Positions 28,227 through 39,408 of a stretch of 64,000 nucleotides of DNA are shown in pieces. Source of the stretch: an uncultured Chloroflexia bacterium (GTDB taxonomy: Bacteria; Chloroflexota; Limnocylindria; Limnocylindrales; CSP1-4); contig CAVTMH010000001.1 in assembly GCA_963735785.1 (NCBI GenBank), positions 78,824 through 142,823 on the forward strand, written 5' to 3'. Position 1 is the first letter of the stretch, and every line of letters begins with the position of its first letter. The position numbers were made by a program, and so were the translations under genes. The notes under the pieces were generated by a model, which saw nothing but the letters and a program-made list of their open reading frames with translations, did not search any database and had not been told where the DNA came from.

Positions 28227-29246
28227 TCAGCGAACGACCTCGGCGGCGAGGCGGTCCGCCTCGGCGAGGACCGCGGGGCGTGCCTGATCAACGGGGAGCG
28301 GAACCGTGGCTCCGGCCGCGCGGGCGTGGCCGCCGCCACCGAACTTCCCGGTCAGCACCGTCGCGTCCACGCCGCCAGGCCTCGTCCGGACGCTGATCCG
28401 GGTCGACTCGCCGGCCTCCTTGAACAGGATCGCGACCTCCGCGTCGTCGGCCTGAGCGAGCAGGTCGATGATGCCCTCCGATTGTGGAGGGAGCGTCCCG
28501 GTCGCGGTGAGATCCGCATCCAGCAACGTCGAATGGATCACGCGCCCGCCATCGACGCCATCGAGCCGGTCGAGGATCCGCCCGAACAACCGGAGCTGCG
28601 CGGCGGGCTTCGACCGGTAGAGCCGGCGCGAGATGTCGGACAGGGGCGCGCCGGCCTCGACCAGGGCCGCCGACACGGCCAGTGTCCGCGGCGTCGCGTT
28701 GGGGTGCGCGAAGGTGGCCGTATCCATGACGATCCCGGCCATCAATGCGGCAGCCAATGACCCGTTCCCCGAGTCGAGAGGCACGTCCAGCCGGGTCGCG
28801 AGCAGGGCCACCATCTCGCAGGTCGCCGCTGCGGACGGCTCGATCCAATCGGTGGCACCGGCGGCGTCGTTGGAGGCGTGGTGGTCGATGACGACGCGCG
28901 GCAGGCGCTCGAACAATCCCGGATGACGACCGCGGACGTCGCCGATCCGGTCGAGCGATCCGCAGTCCGACACGACCAGCAGGTCGTAGTCGGCGGCAGG
29001 ATCGGGGTCGGTGCGAAAGCGCTCCACGCCGGCCAGGAAGTCGTACAGCGGCGGGATGGGGTCGGTGCAGACGGCGTCGGCGACCGCGCCGAACGACTCG
29101 ACGATATGGACGACGCCGAGCGTCGCGCCGAGCGTGTCGGCATCGGGATTCTCGTGGCCGACCGCGAGCACGCGGCGCGCACCACGGAGCCGCTCCACGA
29201 CGGCATCCGGCACGTCGTCCAGGTACGTGCCGAGGTCGATGCTCAC
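28227..29246 (-). CDS. nrnA: DHH family phosphoesterase (NrnA nanoRNase/pAp phosphatase)
   Basis: HENPDAD, IDHH and GGGGHARAAG; conserved rbfA-nrnA-truB order. Confidence 0.9.
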   Translation of the reverse strand: MSIDLGTYLDDVPDAVVERLRGARRVLAVGHENPDADTLGATLGVVHIVESFGAVADAVCTDPIPPLYDFLAGVERFRTDPDPAADYDLLVVSDCGSLDRIGDVRGRHPGLFERLPRVVIDHHASNDAAGATDWIEPSAAATCEMVALLATRLDVPLDSGNGSLAAALMAGIVMDTATFAHPNATPRTLAVSAALVEAGAPLSDISRRLYRSKPAAQLRLFGRILDRLDGVDGGRVIHSTLLDADLTATGTLPPQSEGIIDLLAQADDAEVAILFKEAGESTRISVRTRPGGVDATVLTGKFGGGGHARAAGATVPLPVDQARPAVLAEADRLAAEVVR

Positions 29247-29785
29247 CGACGCGGACCCGCGCGTCGTCTCGAGCCGGTCTTGGATCCAGGGGCACCGGCG
29301 CTCTTCGGGCCGGTTCGGCGGCGGCCGCGTGGCTTCGGCGGGATGACCGCCGACGGCGGCTCCTCGGGGTCGTCGCCTTCGTGGTGGACCCGCGCGACCG
29401 GGGTCGGAAGCGTTTCGCCCAGGGGCAGGTCGCCGTCAGGCGCGGAGCCTGCGCCGAGCTCGTTGAGGAGCTGGAGGACGCGGGTACCCCGTTCCGCCGT
29501 CTCGTCGAGGGAGACGTGCAGGTCCGGGATGCGCTTGATGCGCAGGGAGCGGCCCAGCTCGTGGCGGACGAACGGCATCGCCCGTTGGAGAGCGGCGACG
29601 GTCCCGCGTCGCTCCGCCGGCTGGCCGATGACGCTCACCCAGACCTTGGCGTGCCGCAGGTCCGGTGTCGTCTCGACCTTCGTGATCGTCACGAAGCCGA
29701 TCCGGGGATCGGCCACATCGCGAGTCACGATGGCGCCGATCTCCTGGCGCAGGAGCTCGTCGACTCGGTCCGTCCGCTGGGTCAC
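29243..29785 (-). CDS. rbfA: Ribosome-binding factor A, extended C-terminus
   Basis: DPRIGFVTITKVETTPDL...RIPDL. Confidence 0.95.
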   Translation of the reverse strand: MTQRTDRVDELLRQEIGAIVTRDVADPRIGFVTITKVETTPDLRHAKVWVSVIGQPAERRGTVAALQRAMPFVRHELGRSLRIKRIPDLHVSLDETAERGTRVLQLLNELGAGSAPDGDLPLGETLPTPVARVHHEGDDPEEPPSAVIPPKPRGRRRTGPKSAGAPGSKTGSRRRAGPRR

Positions 29786-29791
29786 GGGCGG

Positions 29792-31699
29792 CTAGTTGCT
29801 AGGTGCCCGTGAGACGGTCTGGGACGTGAAGCATTCGATGATGTCGCCCTCTTCCAGCTCGTGGAAGCTGGTGAGCCCGATGCCGCACTCGTAGTTGGCG
29901 AGGACCTCGCGGACGTCGTCACGGAAGCGCCGCAGCAATTCGATCCGGTCGGTCGCGATGATCTTGCCGCCACGCCAGATGCGGGCGCCACCTCGGATGA
30001 TGCGTCCGTCGGTCACGTAGGAACCCGCGATCTGGGTGTTCTTGCCGACCTTGATGACCTGGCGCACCTCGGCGCGGCCCTCGACCACCTCGACGACCAC
30101 CGGCTCGAGCAGGCCCTTGAGCGCGGCGTCGATGTCGTCGGTGAGCTTGTAGATGATGTCGTACATGCGGACGTCGACACCCTCGGCCTCGGCGGCCCGA
30201 CGAGCCGTCTCGGTGATGTTCGTGCTGAACCCGACGATGATCGCGTCGGACGCGGTCGCGAGCATGATGTCGTTATCGGTGATGTCGCCGGCGGCCTCAT
30301 GGAGGACGTTGATCCGGACCTCATCCTGGTCGAGCTGTTCGAGCGCATGGGTGATCGCGCCGAGCGAGCCCGACACATCGGCCTTGAGGATGATGCGCAG
30401 CTCCTTGGCCTGGCCAGCCTGGATCTGGCGATAGAGGTCTTCCAGGGTCGCGCGTCCGCTCCCGTCCCCGGTCTTCGCGGCGACGGTCGCCTTGCGACCC
30501 TCGACCAGGGCACGTGCCTCCTTGTCATCGGCAACGACACGCAGGATGTCGCCGGCTTGGGGGACCTCGGATAGGCCCAGGATGACCACCGCGCTCGCGG
30601 GGCCGGCCTGCTTGACCCGCTTGCCGCGGTCGTTCTCGAGCGCGCGGACGCGGCCGAACGTCTCTCCGACGACGATGATGTCGCCGACCCGCAGGGTGCC
30701 GGTCTGGACCAGGGCCGTCGCGACGGCGCCGCGGCTCTTGTCCATCTGCGCCTCCACGATCGTGCCGACGGCCGGACGATCGGGATTCGCGGTGAGCTCC
30801 TGGAGGTCCGCCACGAGCAGGACCATCTCGATGAGCTCGTCGAGGCCCTGACGGCTCTTGGCCGAGACCGCCACGAGCGGCACGTCCCCGCCGTATTCCT
30901 CGATGACGACGCCCGCCTCGGTCAGCTCGGTCTTGACGCGGACCGGGTCCGCATCGGCCTTGTCGATCTTGTTGAGGGCGATGATGATCGGGACCTTGGC
31001 CGCCTTCGCGTGGCTGATCGCCTCGAGCGTCTGGGGCATGACGCCGTCGTCCGCCGCGACCACGATGATCGCGATGTCGGTGACGCGGGCGCCGCGGGCG
31101 CGCATCGCGGTGAACGCCTCGTGGCCCGGGGTGTCCAGGAAGACCACGCGCTTGCCGTCGTGATCGATCTCGCTCGCGCCGATGTGCTGGGTGATGCCAC
31201 CACGTTCCCCGGCAGCGACTTCGGTCGAGCGCAGGGCGTCGAGCAGGCTCGTCTTGCCGTGGTCGACGTGACCCATGACCGTGACGATCGGGGCGCGTGG
31301 CTGCAGCGCCGCGGCGTCGTCCTCGTCGAAGAGGGTTTCCTTGGTCGCTTCGGGCGCCGGGCCGTCCGTCTCGCCGTCGGGTCCGGTGCCGTTCGTCGAT
31401 GCCGCGACCGTCTCGGCCACCTCGTAGCCGAGCTCCGACGCGACCAGCGACGCGGTGTCGCGGTCGATGAGTTGGTTGATGGTGGCGAAGATCCCGCTCT
31501 TGATCAGCTCGCGGATGATGTCCGCGACGTTGACCGTCAGCAGCTCGGCCAGCTCCTTGACGGTGATCGTGCCCGGCAGCTCGATCGCGCCTCGCTCACT
31601 GGGATCGATCGTCTGGACCTGCGAGGCGAGTGCGCCCTCGCGACGCGGCGGCTTGCGGGGGCCGCGACGGCCGCGGGTGCCGCTCCTACTCCTGGCCAC
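29792..31699 (-). CDS. infB: Translation initiation factor IF-2 (short N-terminus)
   Basis: [22 protein letters not shown] and NKID. Confidence 0.98.
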   Translation of the reverse strand: MARSRSGTRGRRGPRKPPRREGALASQVQTIDPSERGAIELPGTITVKELAELLTVNVADIIRELIKSGIFATINQLIDRDTASLVASELGYEVAETVAASTNGTGPDGETDGPAPEATKETLFDEDDAAALQPRAPIVTVMGHVDHGKTSLLDALRSTEVAAGERGGITQHIGASEIDHDGKRVVFLDTPGHEAFTAMRARGARVTDIAIIVVAADDGVMPQTLEAISHAKAAKVPIIIALNKIDKADADPVRVKTELTEAGVVIEEYGGDVPLVAVSAKSRQGLDELIEMVLLVADLQELTANPDRPAVGTIVEAQMDKSRGAVATALVQTGTLRVGDIIVVGETFGRVRALENDRGKRVKQAGPASAVVILGLSEVPQAGDILRVVADDKEARALVEGRKATVAAKTGDGSGRATLEDLYRQIQAGQAKELRIILKADVSGSLGAITHALEQLDQDEVRINVLHEAAGDITDNDIMLATASDAIIVGFSTNITETARRAAEAEGVDVRMYDIIYKLTDDIDAALKGLLEPVVVEVVEGRAEVRQVIKVGKNTQIAGSYVTDGRIIRGGARIWRGGKIIATDRIELLRRFRDDVREVLANYECGIGLTSFHELEEGDIIECFTSQTVSRAPSN

Positions 31700-32021
31700 G
31701 GGCTTCTCCTTGTGTGGTGTTCGTTGTGAGGACCCCCGACGTCACGGCCTCGAGGAACGTGGCCGGGAGCGGGATCTCGAGCGCCCGCGCGAGGGCGCCT
31801 TTCTTGATCGCGAGGTCGAGGCAGTCCGTGCCCTGGCACACGTAGGCGCCACGGCCGGCGAGCCGTCCGGTCGGGTCGATGACGACGTCATGGTCCGGCG
31901 TCCGGACGACGCGTTGCAAGTCGCGCTTGGGCCGGGCGGTCCGGCAGGCCACGCAGGTCCGGACCGGCGCCCGGTGCGCGGTGCTGACCGATCGCGCCGC
32001 CGGACGGGCGGCCGCGGCTAC
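31686..32021 (-). CDS. ylxR: YlxR/RnpM family RNA-binding protein (start probably non-canonical)
   Basis: PVRTCVACR...GRGAYVC between nusA and infB. No ATG/GTG/TTG precedes the conserved motif. Confidence 0.85.
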   Translation of the reverse strand, partial: VAAAARPAARSVSTAHRAPVRTCVACRTARPKRDLQRVVRTPDHDVVIDPTGRLAGRGAYVCQGTDCLDLAIKKGALARALEIPLPATFLEAVTSGVLTTNTTQGEARGQE

Positions 32022-33484
32022 GACGCCACCTCCTCGGGGGCGGGAGCGACGGCATCGGACTCGGCCTTCTTGGTCTTGGTGGTCCGCTTGGGCGTTGCGG
32101 GCGCGACGTCGGTCCCGTCGGCGGTGGCCGCGCTCTTGGCCGCGGCAGCCTTGGGCTTGGCGGCGGCCCTGGGCTTGGCGGCCGCCTTCGGCTTCGCGCT
32201 CGCGGTCGGCGTGGCCCCGGCCTCGGCGGTCGCGGTGTCGACCGCGCCCTCGTCACCGGCGGTGGCCGCCTTCGTCTTCGTCGCCCGCTTCGGCTTCGCG
32301 GCGGCTTCCACCGGCTCGGTTCCGGTGGCCTCCCCCGTCGTGGCGGCCACGGGCTCAGCGACCGGGGCATCGTCGTCGGTCGTGCCGATCTCAGCCGGCG
32401 TCGCGGCCGCACCGTCGTCGGGCGGCGCGTCGGCAGCGGCCTTGGCCTCGGCGACGGATACGTCGCTTCGGATGTCGATGCGCCAGCCGGTGAGGCGGGC
32501 GGCGAGGCGGGCGTTCTGACCCTCGCGGCCGATCGCGAGCGAGAGCATCCGCTCAGGCACCGTCACGGACGCGATGCGGTGTTCCTCGTCGATGTCGACC
32601 GACAGGACCTGCGCGGGACTCAGGGCATTCGCCACGAAGATGCCGGCGTCGTCGCTCCACGGGATGACGTCGATCTTCTCGCCGGCGAGCTCCGCGACCA
32701 CGGCCTGGACGCGCGCGCCGCGCTGACCGACGGTGGCGCCCACGGGGTCCAGCCCTTCCTGGCGAGAGGCGACGGCGACCTTCGAGCGGCTGCCGGCCTC
32801 CCTGGCGATGGCCTTGATCTCGACCGTGCCGCTGTGGATCTCGGGCACCTCGAGCTCGAACAGCCGGCGAAGGAACCCCTTGTGGGTGCGGCTCACGAAG
32901 ATCTGCGGGCCGCGGACCGAGCGGCGCACCTCCAGGACGAACGCCTTGACGTTCTGGCCGATACGGTGGTGCTCGAGCGCGCTCTGCTCGGTGGTGGCCA
33001 GGATGGCCTCGACCATCTTGCCGACGTCGAGGATGATCGCCCGCGGCTCGACGCGATTGACCGTGCCCGTGATGAGCTCCCCCTCGCGGCTCGCGAACTG
33101 GTCGAAGACCTGGTCGCGCTCGACCTCTCGGATCCGCTGGAGGACGATCTGCTTCGCGGTCTGGGCGCCGATCCGGCCGAACACGTCGCCGTCGAGCTGC
33201 TCCGTCTCGACCATGTCGCCGACCTTCGCCTCCGCCACATGCGTGCGCGCCTCATCGACCGTGATCTCGGTCATCTCGTCCTCGATCTCGTCGACGACGC
33301 GGCGGGCGCGATAGACACGGATGCGACCGGACTCGGCGTCGATCTGCACGTGGATGTCCTCGTCGCCGGCGACGCGGCGATAGGCCGACTGGATGCCGTC
33401 CTCGACGGCCCCGATCAGCTGCTCACGGGAGACCTGCTTCTCCGCGTTGAGCTGGAGGAGGGCGCCCACGAAGTCTCGACTCAC
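32018..33484 (-). CDS. nusA: Transcription factor NusA with a Lys/Ala/Pro-rich tail
   Basis: FGRIGAQTAKQ, LEVPEI, REAGSRSKVAV and AIGREGQNARLAA. Confidence 0.97.
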   Translation of the reverse strand: MSRDFVGALLQLNAEKQVSREQLIGAVEDGIQSAYRRVAGDEDIHVQIDAESGRIRVYRARRVVDEIEDEMTEITVDEARTHVAEAKVGDMVETEQLDGDVFGRIGAQTAKQIVLQRIREVERDQVFDQFASREGELITGTVNRVEPRAIILDVGKMVEAILATTEQSALEHHRIGQNVKAFVLEVRRSVRGPQIFVSRTHKGFLRRLFELEVPEIHSGTVEIKAIAREAGSRSKVAVASRQEGLDPVGATVGQRGARVQAVVAELAGEKIDVIPWSDDAGIFVANALSPAQVLSVDIDEEHRIASVTVPERMLSLAIGREGQNARLAARLTGWRIDIRSDVSVAEAKAAADAPPDDGAAATPAEIGTTDDDAPVAEPVAATTGEATGTEPVEAAAKPKRATKTKAATAGDEGAVDTATAEAGATPTASAKPKAAAKPRAAAKPKAAAAKSAATADGTDVAPATPKRTTKTKKAESDAVAPAPEEVAS

Positions 33485-33530
33485 GATCGCCTCCTCTTCT
33501 GCGCACGAATGTCAAATCACGGCCGGTCCG

Positions 33531-33558
33531 AAAAAAAGACGCGGGGGTCACCCACGTC
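33531..33558 (-). terminator. Leader terminator of the nusA operon
   Basis: GACGTGGG-TGACC-CCCGCGTC followed by T7, between a TATACT -10 (33584-33589) and nusA. Confidence 0.8.
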
Positions 33559-33609
33559 ACGGAGCGGCCGTTCAGTTGCGAGGAGTATACACCCGGACGC
33601 GTGGACGGC

Positions 33610-34872
33610 TCAAACGGCGGGAGCGACTCCCACGGCGGCGCCGGGGCTCGGATAGCGACGCGCCACGTAGTCTTCGAGGATCTCGATGAACTCCGCGACG
33701 AGACCGTCGCCGCGCAGCGTGCGGTCCAGCTTGCCGTCGATGAATACGGGCGCCACCGGCTCCTCGAACGTGCCCGGCAGGCTGATCCCGATGTCCGCGT
33801 GCTTGCTCTCGCCGGGCCCGTTGACGACGCAGCCCATGACCGCGACACGGAGCTCCTCGGCGCCCGGGTGCGTCGCCTTCCATTCAGGCATCCGGTCCTT
33901 CAGGTAGGTCTGGATCTGCTGGGCCATCTCCTGAAAGAACGTGCTCGTCGTGCGGCCGCAGCCGGGACATGCGCTGACCTGCGGCAGGAACGAGCGCAGG
34001 CCCATCGATTGGAGTACCTGCTGGGCGATCTCGACCTCGCGCTCGCGCGGCGCACCCGGTTCTGGGGTCAGTGACACCCGGATGGTGTCCCCGATCCCCT
34101 CGTTGAGCAGGATCGCGAGCCCGGCGGTCGACGCGATGACACCCTTGTCGCCCATCCCCGCCTCGGTGAGGCCCAGGTGCAGCGGGTAGTCGCAACGTGC
34201 TGCCAGGAGCCGATACACGTCGACGAGGTCTCGGACCCCGGACACCTTGGCGCTGATGATGATCCGGTCGTGCCCGAGCCCGGTCCGTTCGGCCAGCTCG
34301 GCGGACCGGAGGGCCGACTGCAGCATCGCCTCGATCATCACGTCGCGCGAGTCGAGCGGCTCGGGAAGCCGCGCGTTGGCGTCCATCAGCTCGGTGAGGA
34401 TGGCCTGGTCGAGCGAGCCCCAATTGACGCCGATGCGGACGGCCTTATCGTTCTCGATGGCGACTCGAACGATCGTCACGAAGTGCTCGTCATGGCGCTT
34501 CGCGCCGACATTGCCCGGATTGATGCGGTACTTCGCGAGCAGGGCAGCCATCTCGGGGTAGTCCACGAGCAGCTTGTGCCCGTTGTAATGGAAGTCGCCG
34601 ATGATCGGCACGTCCACACCGAGACCGCGGACCTTGCGCACCATCTCGGGAACCGCCGCCGCCGCCTGTTCCGTGTTGACCGTCACGCGGACCAGCTGCG
34701 AGCCAGCATGGGCCAACCGCGCGACCTGGATCGCAGTGCCGTCGGCCTCCGCCGTGTCGGTGTTCGTCATCGATTGGACGACGATCGGATGGGCGCTGCC
34801 GACCAGCACGCCACCGACGTCGACCGTGACCGTGGCCCGGCGCCGTGGCCGTAGCGTGTCGGGTGATGTCAT
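33610..34872 (-). CDS. ispG: HMBPP synthase
   Basis: [28 protein letters not shown] and [10 protein letters not shown]. Confidence 0.97.
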   Translation of the reverse strand: MTSPDTLRPRRRATVTVDVGGVLVGSAHPIVVQSMTNTDTAEADGTAIQVARLAHAGSQLVRVTVNTEQAAAAVPEMVRKVRGLGVDVPIIGDFHYNGHKLLVDYPEMAALLAKYRINPGNVGAKRHDEHFVTIVRVAIENDKAVRIGVNWGSLDQAILTELMDANARLPEPLDSRDVMIEAMLQSALRSAELAERTGLGHDRIIISAKVSGVRDLVDVYRLLAARCDYPLHLGLTEAGMGDKGVIASTAGLAILLNEGIGDTIRVSLTPEPGAPREREVEIAQQVLQSMGLRSFLPQVSACPGCGRTTSTFFQEMAQQIQTYLKDRMPEWKATHPGAEELRVAVMGCVVNGPGESKHADIGISLPGTFEEPVAPVFIDGKLDRTLRGDGLVAEFIEILEDYVARRYPSPGAAVGVAPAV

Positions 34873-35990
34873 GGGGTGGGTGCCGGGCCTCCCCCGAGGC
34901 TGCGGATGATGTCGTAGCCCGTCACCCAGATGATGAAGGCGAAGAGGAACACCATCCCCACGACGTACGTGAGCTGCTCCGCACGAAGGCTGATCCGCGC
35001 ACCGAAGATCCGCTTGAGCGTGATCATCAGCATCCGCCCGCCGTCGAGTGGCGGGAACGGCAGGATATTGACCAGGGCGAGGTTGGCCGAGAGGATCCCC
35101 GCGACGTAGAGCGTGAGGATCGGCCCGGCGTTCCAGAACACGTCACCGATCTGGGTCGCGATGCCGACCGGGCCCGCGACCGGCGGTGGGCCCGTCGGAT
35201 CGGCGGCGAAGCTGGACACGAGCGTTCCGAGGCCGCCCAGGATGAGGCCCAATGCCGCGACGGTCTGGTCCGCACCGATCCTGATCGCTTCCGGCAAGGG
35301 GTTGGTCGTCGTCGCGCCGTCGAAGGCAGCCTCCCAGGGCCGTTCCTCCTGCGAGATCCCGAGGGCGCCCTGGCCCGCGTCGATCGCCGCCTGGTCACGC
35401 AGGGTGACCGTCACGTCGCGTCGAACGCCCGCTTCGTCGTCCACGGTCAGGACGACCGTCTGCCCGGCTCGCGCGCGCAGGCCGTCGAGGATCGTTTCGC
35501 CGGTGATGAACTGGTACCGCTGACCGTCGACGGCGACGATGGCATCGCCCGGCCTGAGGCCGGCGACCTCGGCCGGTGACCCCGGCACGATCTCGTAGAA
35601 CCGGACGCCCATGAGCGGCGAGGCCAGCCACGCGATCCCGGCGAAGATCACGAAGGCGAGGACGACGTTCATGACGACACCGGCCGCGAGGATGACCATC
35701 TTCTTGAGCCAGCGTTGGGCCGCGAAGGAGCGCGGGTCGTCCGCGTCGTTCCCATCCTCGCCGGCGAGCTTCACGAAGCCGCCGATCGGCAACCAGTTGA
35801 GTGTGTAGAGGGTCTCGCCCTTCGAGCGCAGGACCCTGGCTCGCGGCGGGAACCCGATGCCGAACTCGAGCACGCGGACGCCGAACAGGCGGGCGGTCAC
35901 GAAATGGCCGAGCTCGTGGATCACGACGAGGATGCCCAGGATCGCCAGGAACAGGACGATGGTGACGATCGACTGGAGGAACCCGGTCAT
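34869..35990 (-). CDS. rseP: RseP-type M50 intramembrane metalloprotease with PDZ
   Basis: HELGH and [11 protein letters not shown]. Confidence 0.92.
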   Translation of the reverse strand: MTGFLQSIVTIVLFLAILGILVVIHELGHFVTARLFGVRVLEFGIGFPPRARVLRSKGETLYTLNWLPIGGFVKLAGEDGNDADDPRSFAAQRWLKKMVILAAGVVMNVVLAFVIFAGIAWLASPLMGVRFYEIVPGSPAEVAGLRPGDAIVAVDGQRYQFITGETILDGLRARAGQTVVLTVDDEAGVRRDVTVTLRDQAAIDAGQGALGISQEERPWEAAFDGATTTNPLPEAIRIGADQTVAALGLILGGLGTLVSSFAADPTGPPPVAGPVGIATQIGDVFWNAGPILTLYVAGILSANLALVNILPFPPLDGGRMLMITLKRIFGARISLRAEQLTYVVGMVFLFAFIIWVTGYDIIRSLGGGPAPTP

Positions 35991-37216
35991 GACGCGCCGC
36001 CGATCGGTCCGCTCGCGAACACGGCCCGGACCTCAGCATCCAGGGCGACCAACGCCTCGACGTCGGGACGTGGATCGCCGCCCTGGCCGAACCGCTCGAC
36101 AGCGGTCTCGAGAAGCCGCGGTATCCCGTTGAAGTCGAGCGAGCCTTCGAGGAATCGTGTCACGGCCACGTCGTCGGCCGCGATCAGGGTCGCAGAGGCG
36201 CGTGGACCGGCGATCCCCGCCTCGCGCGCGATGCGCAGCGCCGGGAACCGAGCGAGATCGGGCGCGCGAAAGTCCAGTCGAGCCGTCGCGATCAGGTCGG
36301 GCGGTGCGGCCGGCGACGGCCGGCGGTCGGGATAGGTCATGGCGTACTGGATGGGGAGTCGCATATCCGGGGTGCCCAGCTGGGCCTTCAGGGAGCCGTC
36401 GACGAACCGGACGGCCGAGTGGACGACGCTCTGCGGGTGGATGACCACCTCGATCGCCTCGTACTCGACATCGTACAGCCAGTGCGCTTCGATGACTTCC
36501 AGGCCCTTGTTGGCGAGGGTCGCCGAATCGACGGTGATCTTGGCGCCCATGGTCCAGATGGGATGCCGCAGCGCACCTTGCGGGGTCGCCGCCGCGAGGT
36601 CGTCGGGACTCGCGTCCAGGAATGGCCCGCCGGACGCGGTCAACACGAGGGCAGCAACGGTCGACATGGATTCGCCCACGAGGCATTGCCAGATGGCCGA
36701 ATGCTCCGAATCGATCGGTCTGAGCCAGGCGAGTGGGCTCCCGAAGGGGTCGCCCGGCCCGCCCGCGGCGCGCACCGCGGCCAGCCTGCGCGCCTCCGGC
36801 ATGACCAGGTGGCCACCGGCGACCAGCGTCTCCTTGTTGGCCGTGGCCACGACCTTGCCAGCGCGCAGCGCAGCGAGCACCGGCCGAAGGCTCACGATGC
36901 CGCCCGTCGCGACGACCACGATGTCGACGTCCTCCCGCGTCGCGAGCTCGACGAGCGAATCGTGGCCCGACGTCCGTTCCGTGCCGGCCGGGAGATCCAG
37001 GCCTGCAAGGGCATCCGCATCGGCAAAGGCCACCACGGCGGGTCGGAGCCGCCGGGCCTGTTCCGCGAGCGTCGCGCCATCGCGTCCGGTCGCGAGCGCC
37101 ACCACCATGAAGTCGTCAGGGAGTGCCGCCAGGACGTCGACCGCCTGGGTCCCGATCGAGCCGGTCGATCCCAGGAGCGCGACACCGCGGCGCTCAGGCA
37201 AGGAGCGCGACGACAT
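35987..37216 (-). CDS. dxr: 1-deoxy-D-xylulose-5-phosphate reductoisomerase
   Basis: LGSTGSIG, ANKE, PIDSEH and HPIWTMGAKITVDSATL. Confidence 0.97.
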   Translation of the reverse strand: MSSRSLPERRGVALLGSTGSIGTQAVDVLAALPDDFMVVALATGRDGATLAEQARRLRPAVVAFADADALAGLDLPAGTERTSGHDSLVELATREDVDIVVVATGGIVSLRPVLAALRAGKVVATANKETLVAGGHLVMPEARRLAAVRAAGGPGDPFGSPLAWLRPIDSEHSAIWQCLVGESMSTVAALVLTASGGPFLDASPDDLAAATPQGALRHPIWTMGAKITVDSATLANKGLEVIEAHWLYDVEYEAIEVVIHPQSVVHSAVRFVDGSLKAQLGTPDMRLPIQYAMTYPDRRPSPAAPPDLIATARLDFRAPDLARFPALRIAREAGIAGPRASATLIAADDVAVTRFLEGSLDFNGIPRLLETAVERFGQGGDPRPDVEALVALDAEVRAVFASGPIGGAS

Positions 37217-38021
37217 AGAGCGTCATGACGGGCGCGGCGAACAGGAATGAATCCACGCGGTCCAGCATCCCACCGTGCCCCGGGATGAGCGTGCCCGAAT
37301 CCTTGGCACCCGCGGCGCGCTTCAGCATCGATTCGGCGAGGTCGCCCGCCTGCGCGGCGAGTGCGACGAGCGGGCCGAGCAGCAGGGCATGGATCGGCGA
37401 CTGACCGAGCCCCCACAGCAGGACCCCGACCACGACCGTGGCCGCCACGACCCCGCCGACAAGCCCGGCGTACGTCTTCGACGGGGAGATGTGGGTCAGG
37501 AATCGTTGACGACCGAACCGGCGCCCGACGAAGAACGCTCCCGTGTCGTACGACCACACGGCAAGGAGCAACACGAGGATCCAGCCGCGCTCGGCGCCGA
37601 GTTCCTCGAGCGGGGCGCCGTCGGGCACAGTCGGGGCCGCATGGCCCAGCCGGACCACGAACGCGAGCAGGCCCACGTAGAGGGCGCCGAAGACCGTCGC
37701 CATCCACGTCGCGATCCCCTCGCGCGGGTTTGCCTGGGCGAACGCCGCGACCGCGATGAGGACGATCCCGACGGCCATGAGCAGGAGACCGCTCCCCTCC
37801 AGCACGCCCGGAAACGTCGCATCGAGGACGACCGTCAGCGCCAGGAGGGTGCCGAGCAGCGGCAGTGTCGGGAACGTCGCGTCCGCGAGGAGCCTGAAGA
37901 CCTCTCGCGCGGCGAACACGGTCACGACCGCCACGGCCGCCGCCAGGACCATCCCGCCGACGGCCAGGACCAGGAGCAGGACCGGGACGAGGATCGCCGC
38001 GCTGGTGGCTCGGTCGCGCAC
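37194..38021 (-). CDS. cdsA: Phosphatidate cytidylyltransferase
   Basis: ISPSKT and GDLAESMLKR...KDSG.LIPGHGGMLDRVD. Confidence 0.95.
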   Translation of the reverse strand: MRDRATSAAILVPVLLLVLAVGGMVLAAAVAVVTVFAAREVFRLLADATFPTLPLLGTLLALTVVLDATFPGVLEGSGLLLMAVGIVLIAVAAFAQANPREGIATWMATVFGALYVGLLAFVVRLGHAAPTVPDGAPLEELGAERGWILVLLLAVWSYDTGAFFVGRRFGRQRFLTHISPSKTYAGLVGGVVAATVVVGVLLWGLGQSPIHALLLGPLVALAAQAGDLAESMLKRAAGAKDSGTLIPGHGGMLDRVDSFLFAAPVMTLYVVALLA

Positions 38022-38032
38022 CAGACCCCCGC

Positions 38033-38851
38033 CTACCGTCCGAACCGGCGCTGGCGCCGGGCGAACTCGAGGAGGGCGTCGTCGAAGGCCGCTGGCCCGA
38101 AGTCCGGCCACAGGTCCTCGCAGAAGTAGAACTCGGCGTAGGCCGACTGCCAGATGAGGAAGTTCGAGAGCCGTTGCTCCCCGCCGGTCCGGATCACGAG
38201 GTCGGGATCGGGGAGGCCGGCGGTGTAGAGGGCCGCGGTGACACGGGCCTCATCGATCGATTCGGGGGTCGCGCCGGACGCGACGAGGGTACGGACCGCG
38301 TCCACCAGCTCGGTTCGCCCGGCGTAGTTGAACGCGATGTTGAGAAGCAGCCGCCGGCCGTCGGACGTGGCGTCGAGCGCCTCATCGATCGAGCTGCGCG
38401 TCTCCGCGGGCAACTCGTCGAGCCGTCCCAGCAGTCGGACCCGGACGCCCTGGCGACGAAGCTCGTCGGTCTCGCTGCGGATGGCCGCCTCGAGCAGGCT
38501 GAACAGGCCATGGACCTCGTCGTCCGAGCGTGCCCAGTTCTCGCGACTGAACGCATACAGGGTCATGACCGGCAGGCCACGCCGCACGGCATGGCGCAGG
38601 ATCTCGCGGATCGCCTCCACGCCGGCCGCGTGGCCATCGAGCTCCGGCAGTCCCTGCTGGCGGGCCCAGCGGCGGTTGCCATCCATGATGATCGCCACGT
38701 GCCGGGGCAGCTCGTCGGGCGGCAGGAACGTCGCCTCGGCGGGGTCATCGTCCGGCGTCGGGATGGTCGGTGCGTCGCCGGGCGGCGTCGCCGCCGGTTC
38801 GTGAGCGGATGGCGGCGCGTCGGTCGGCCGGGCCAGCGGTACGCGGGCCAC
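38033..38851 (-). CDS. uppS: Undecaprenyl/isoprenyl diphosphate synthase
   Basis: HVAIIMDGNRRW, AFSRENW and RTGGEQRLSNFLIWQ. The GTG overlaps the frr stop. Confidence 0.95.
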   Translation of the reverse strand: MARVPLARPTDAPPSAHEPAATPPGDAPTIPTPDDDPAEATFLPPDELPRHVAIIMDGNRRWARQQGLPELDGHAAGVEAIREILRHAVRRGLPVMTLYAFSRENWARSDDEVHGLFSLLEAAIRSETDELRRQGVRVRLLGRLDELPAETRSSIDEALDATSDGRRLLLNIAFNYAGRTELVDAVRTLVASGATPESIDEARVTAALYTAGLPDPDLVIRTGGEQRLSNFLIWQSAYAEFYFCEDLWPDFGPAAFDDALLEFARRQRRFGR

Positions 38852-39408
38852 TAGACCTCGAGGACCTCCTGTTCCTTGGCGGTTCCGCGGCGATCGACGT
38901 CGGCGATGTGGCGGTCGGTCGTCTTCTGGAGGACGTCGACCTGGCGATGACCCTCGTCCGCGCCGACCGTGCCGTCGCGCTCCTCCTTCTTGAGGTGGTC
39001 GTTGGCATCGCGTCGGATGTTGCGGATCTCGACGCGCGCGTCCTCCATGCGCTTGTGGACGATCTTGACCAGTTCCTTGCGACGTTCCTCGGTCAGGGGC
39101 GGGATGTTCAGCCTGACGACGGCGCCATCCACATTGGGCGTGAGGCCGATGTCGGACTTGGTGATCGCCTTCTCGATGGCGCCGAGCACTCCACGGTCCC
39201 ACGGCTGGATCACGATCTGGTGCGGCTCGGGCACGCTGATCCCGGCGAGCTGATTGAGCGGGGTCTGGGTGCCGTAGTAGTCGACGGTGATACGTTCCAC
39301 GAGCGCGGTCGACGCCCGGCCGGTGCGCACGCCCTGGAAGTCGCGCTCCATCGCCTCGACGGCACGCGCCATCTTGTGGTCAGCGTCGGCGAGGATCTCG
39401 GTGCTCAT
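38851..39408 (-). CDS. frr: Ribosome recycling factor
   Basis: [19 protein letters not shown] and RNIRRD. Confidence 0.97.
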   Translation of the reverse strand: MSTEILADADHKMARAVEAMERDFQGVRTGRASTALVERITVDYYGTQTPLNQLAGISVPEPHQIVIQPWDRGVLGAIEKAITKSDIGLTPNVDGAVVRLNIPPLTEERRKELVKIVHKRMEDARVEIRNIRRDANDHLKKEERDGTVGADEGHRQVDVLQKTTDRHIADVDRRGTAKEQEVLEV

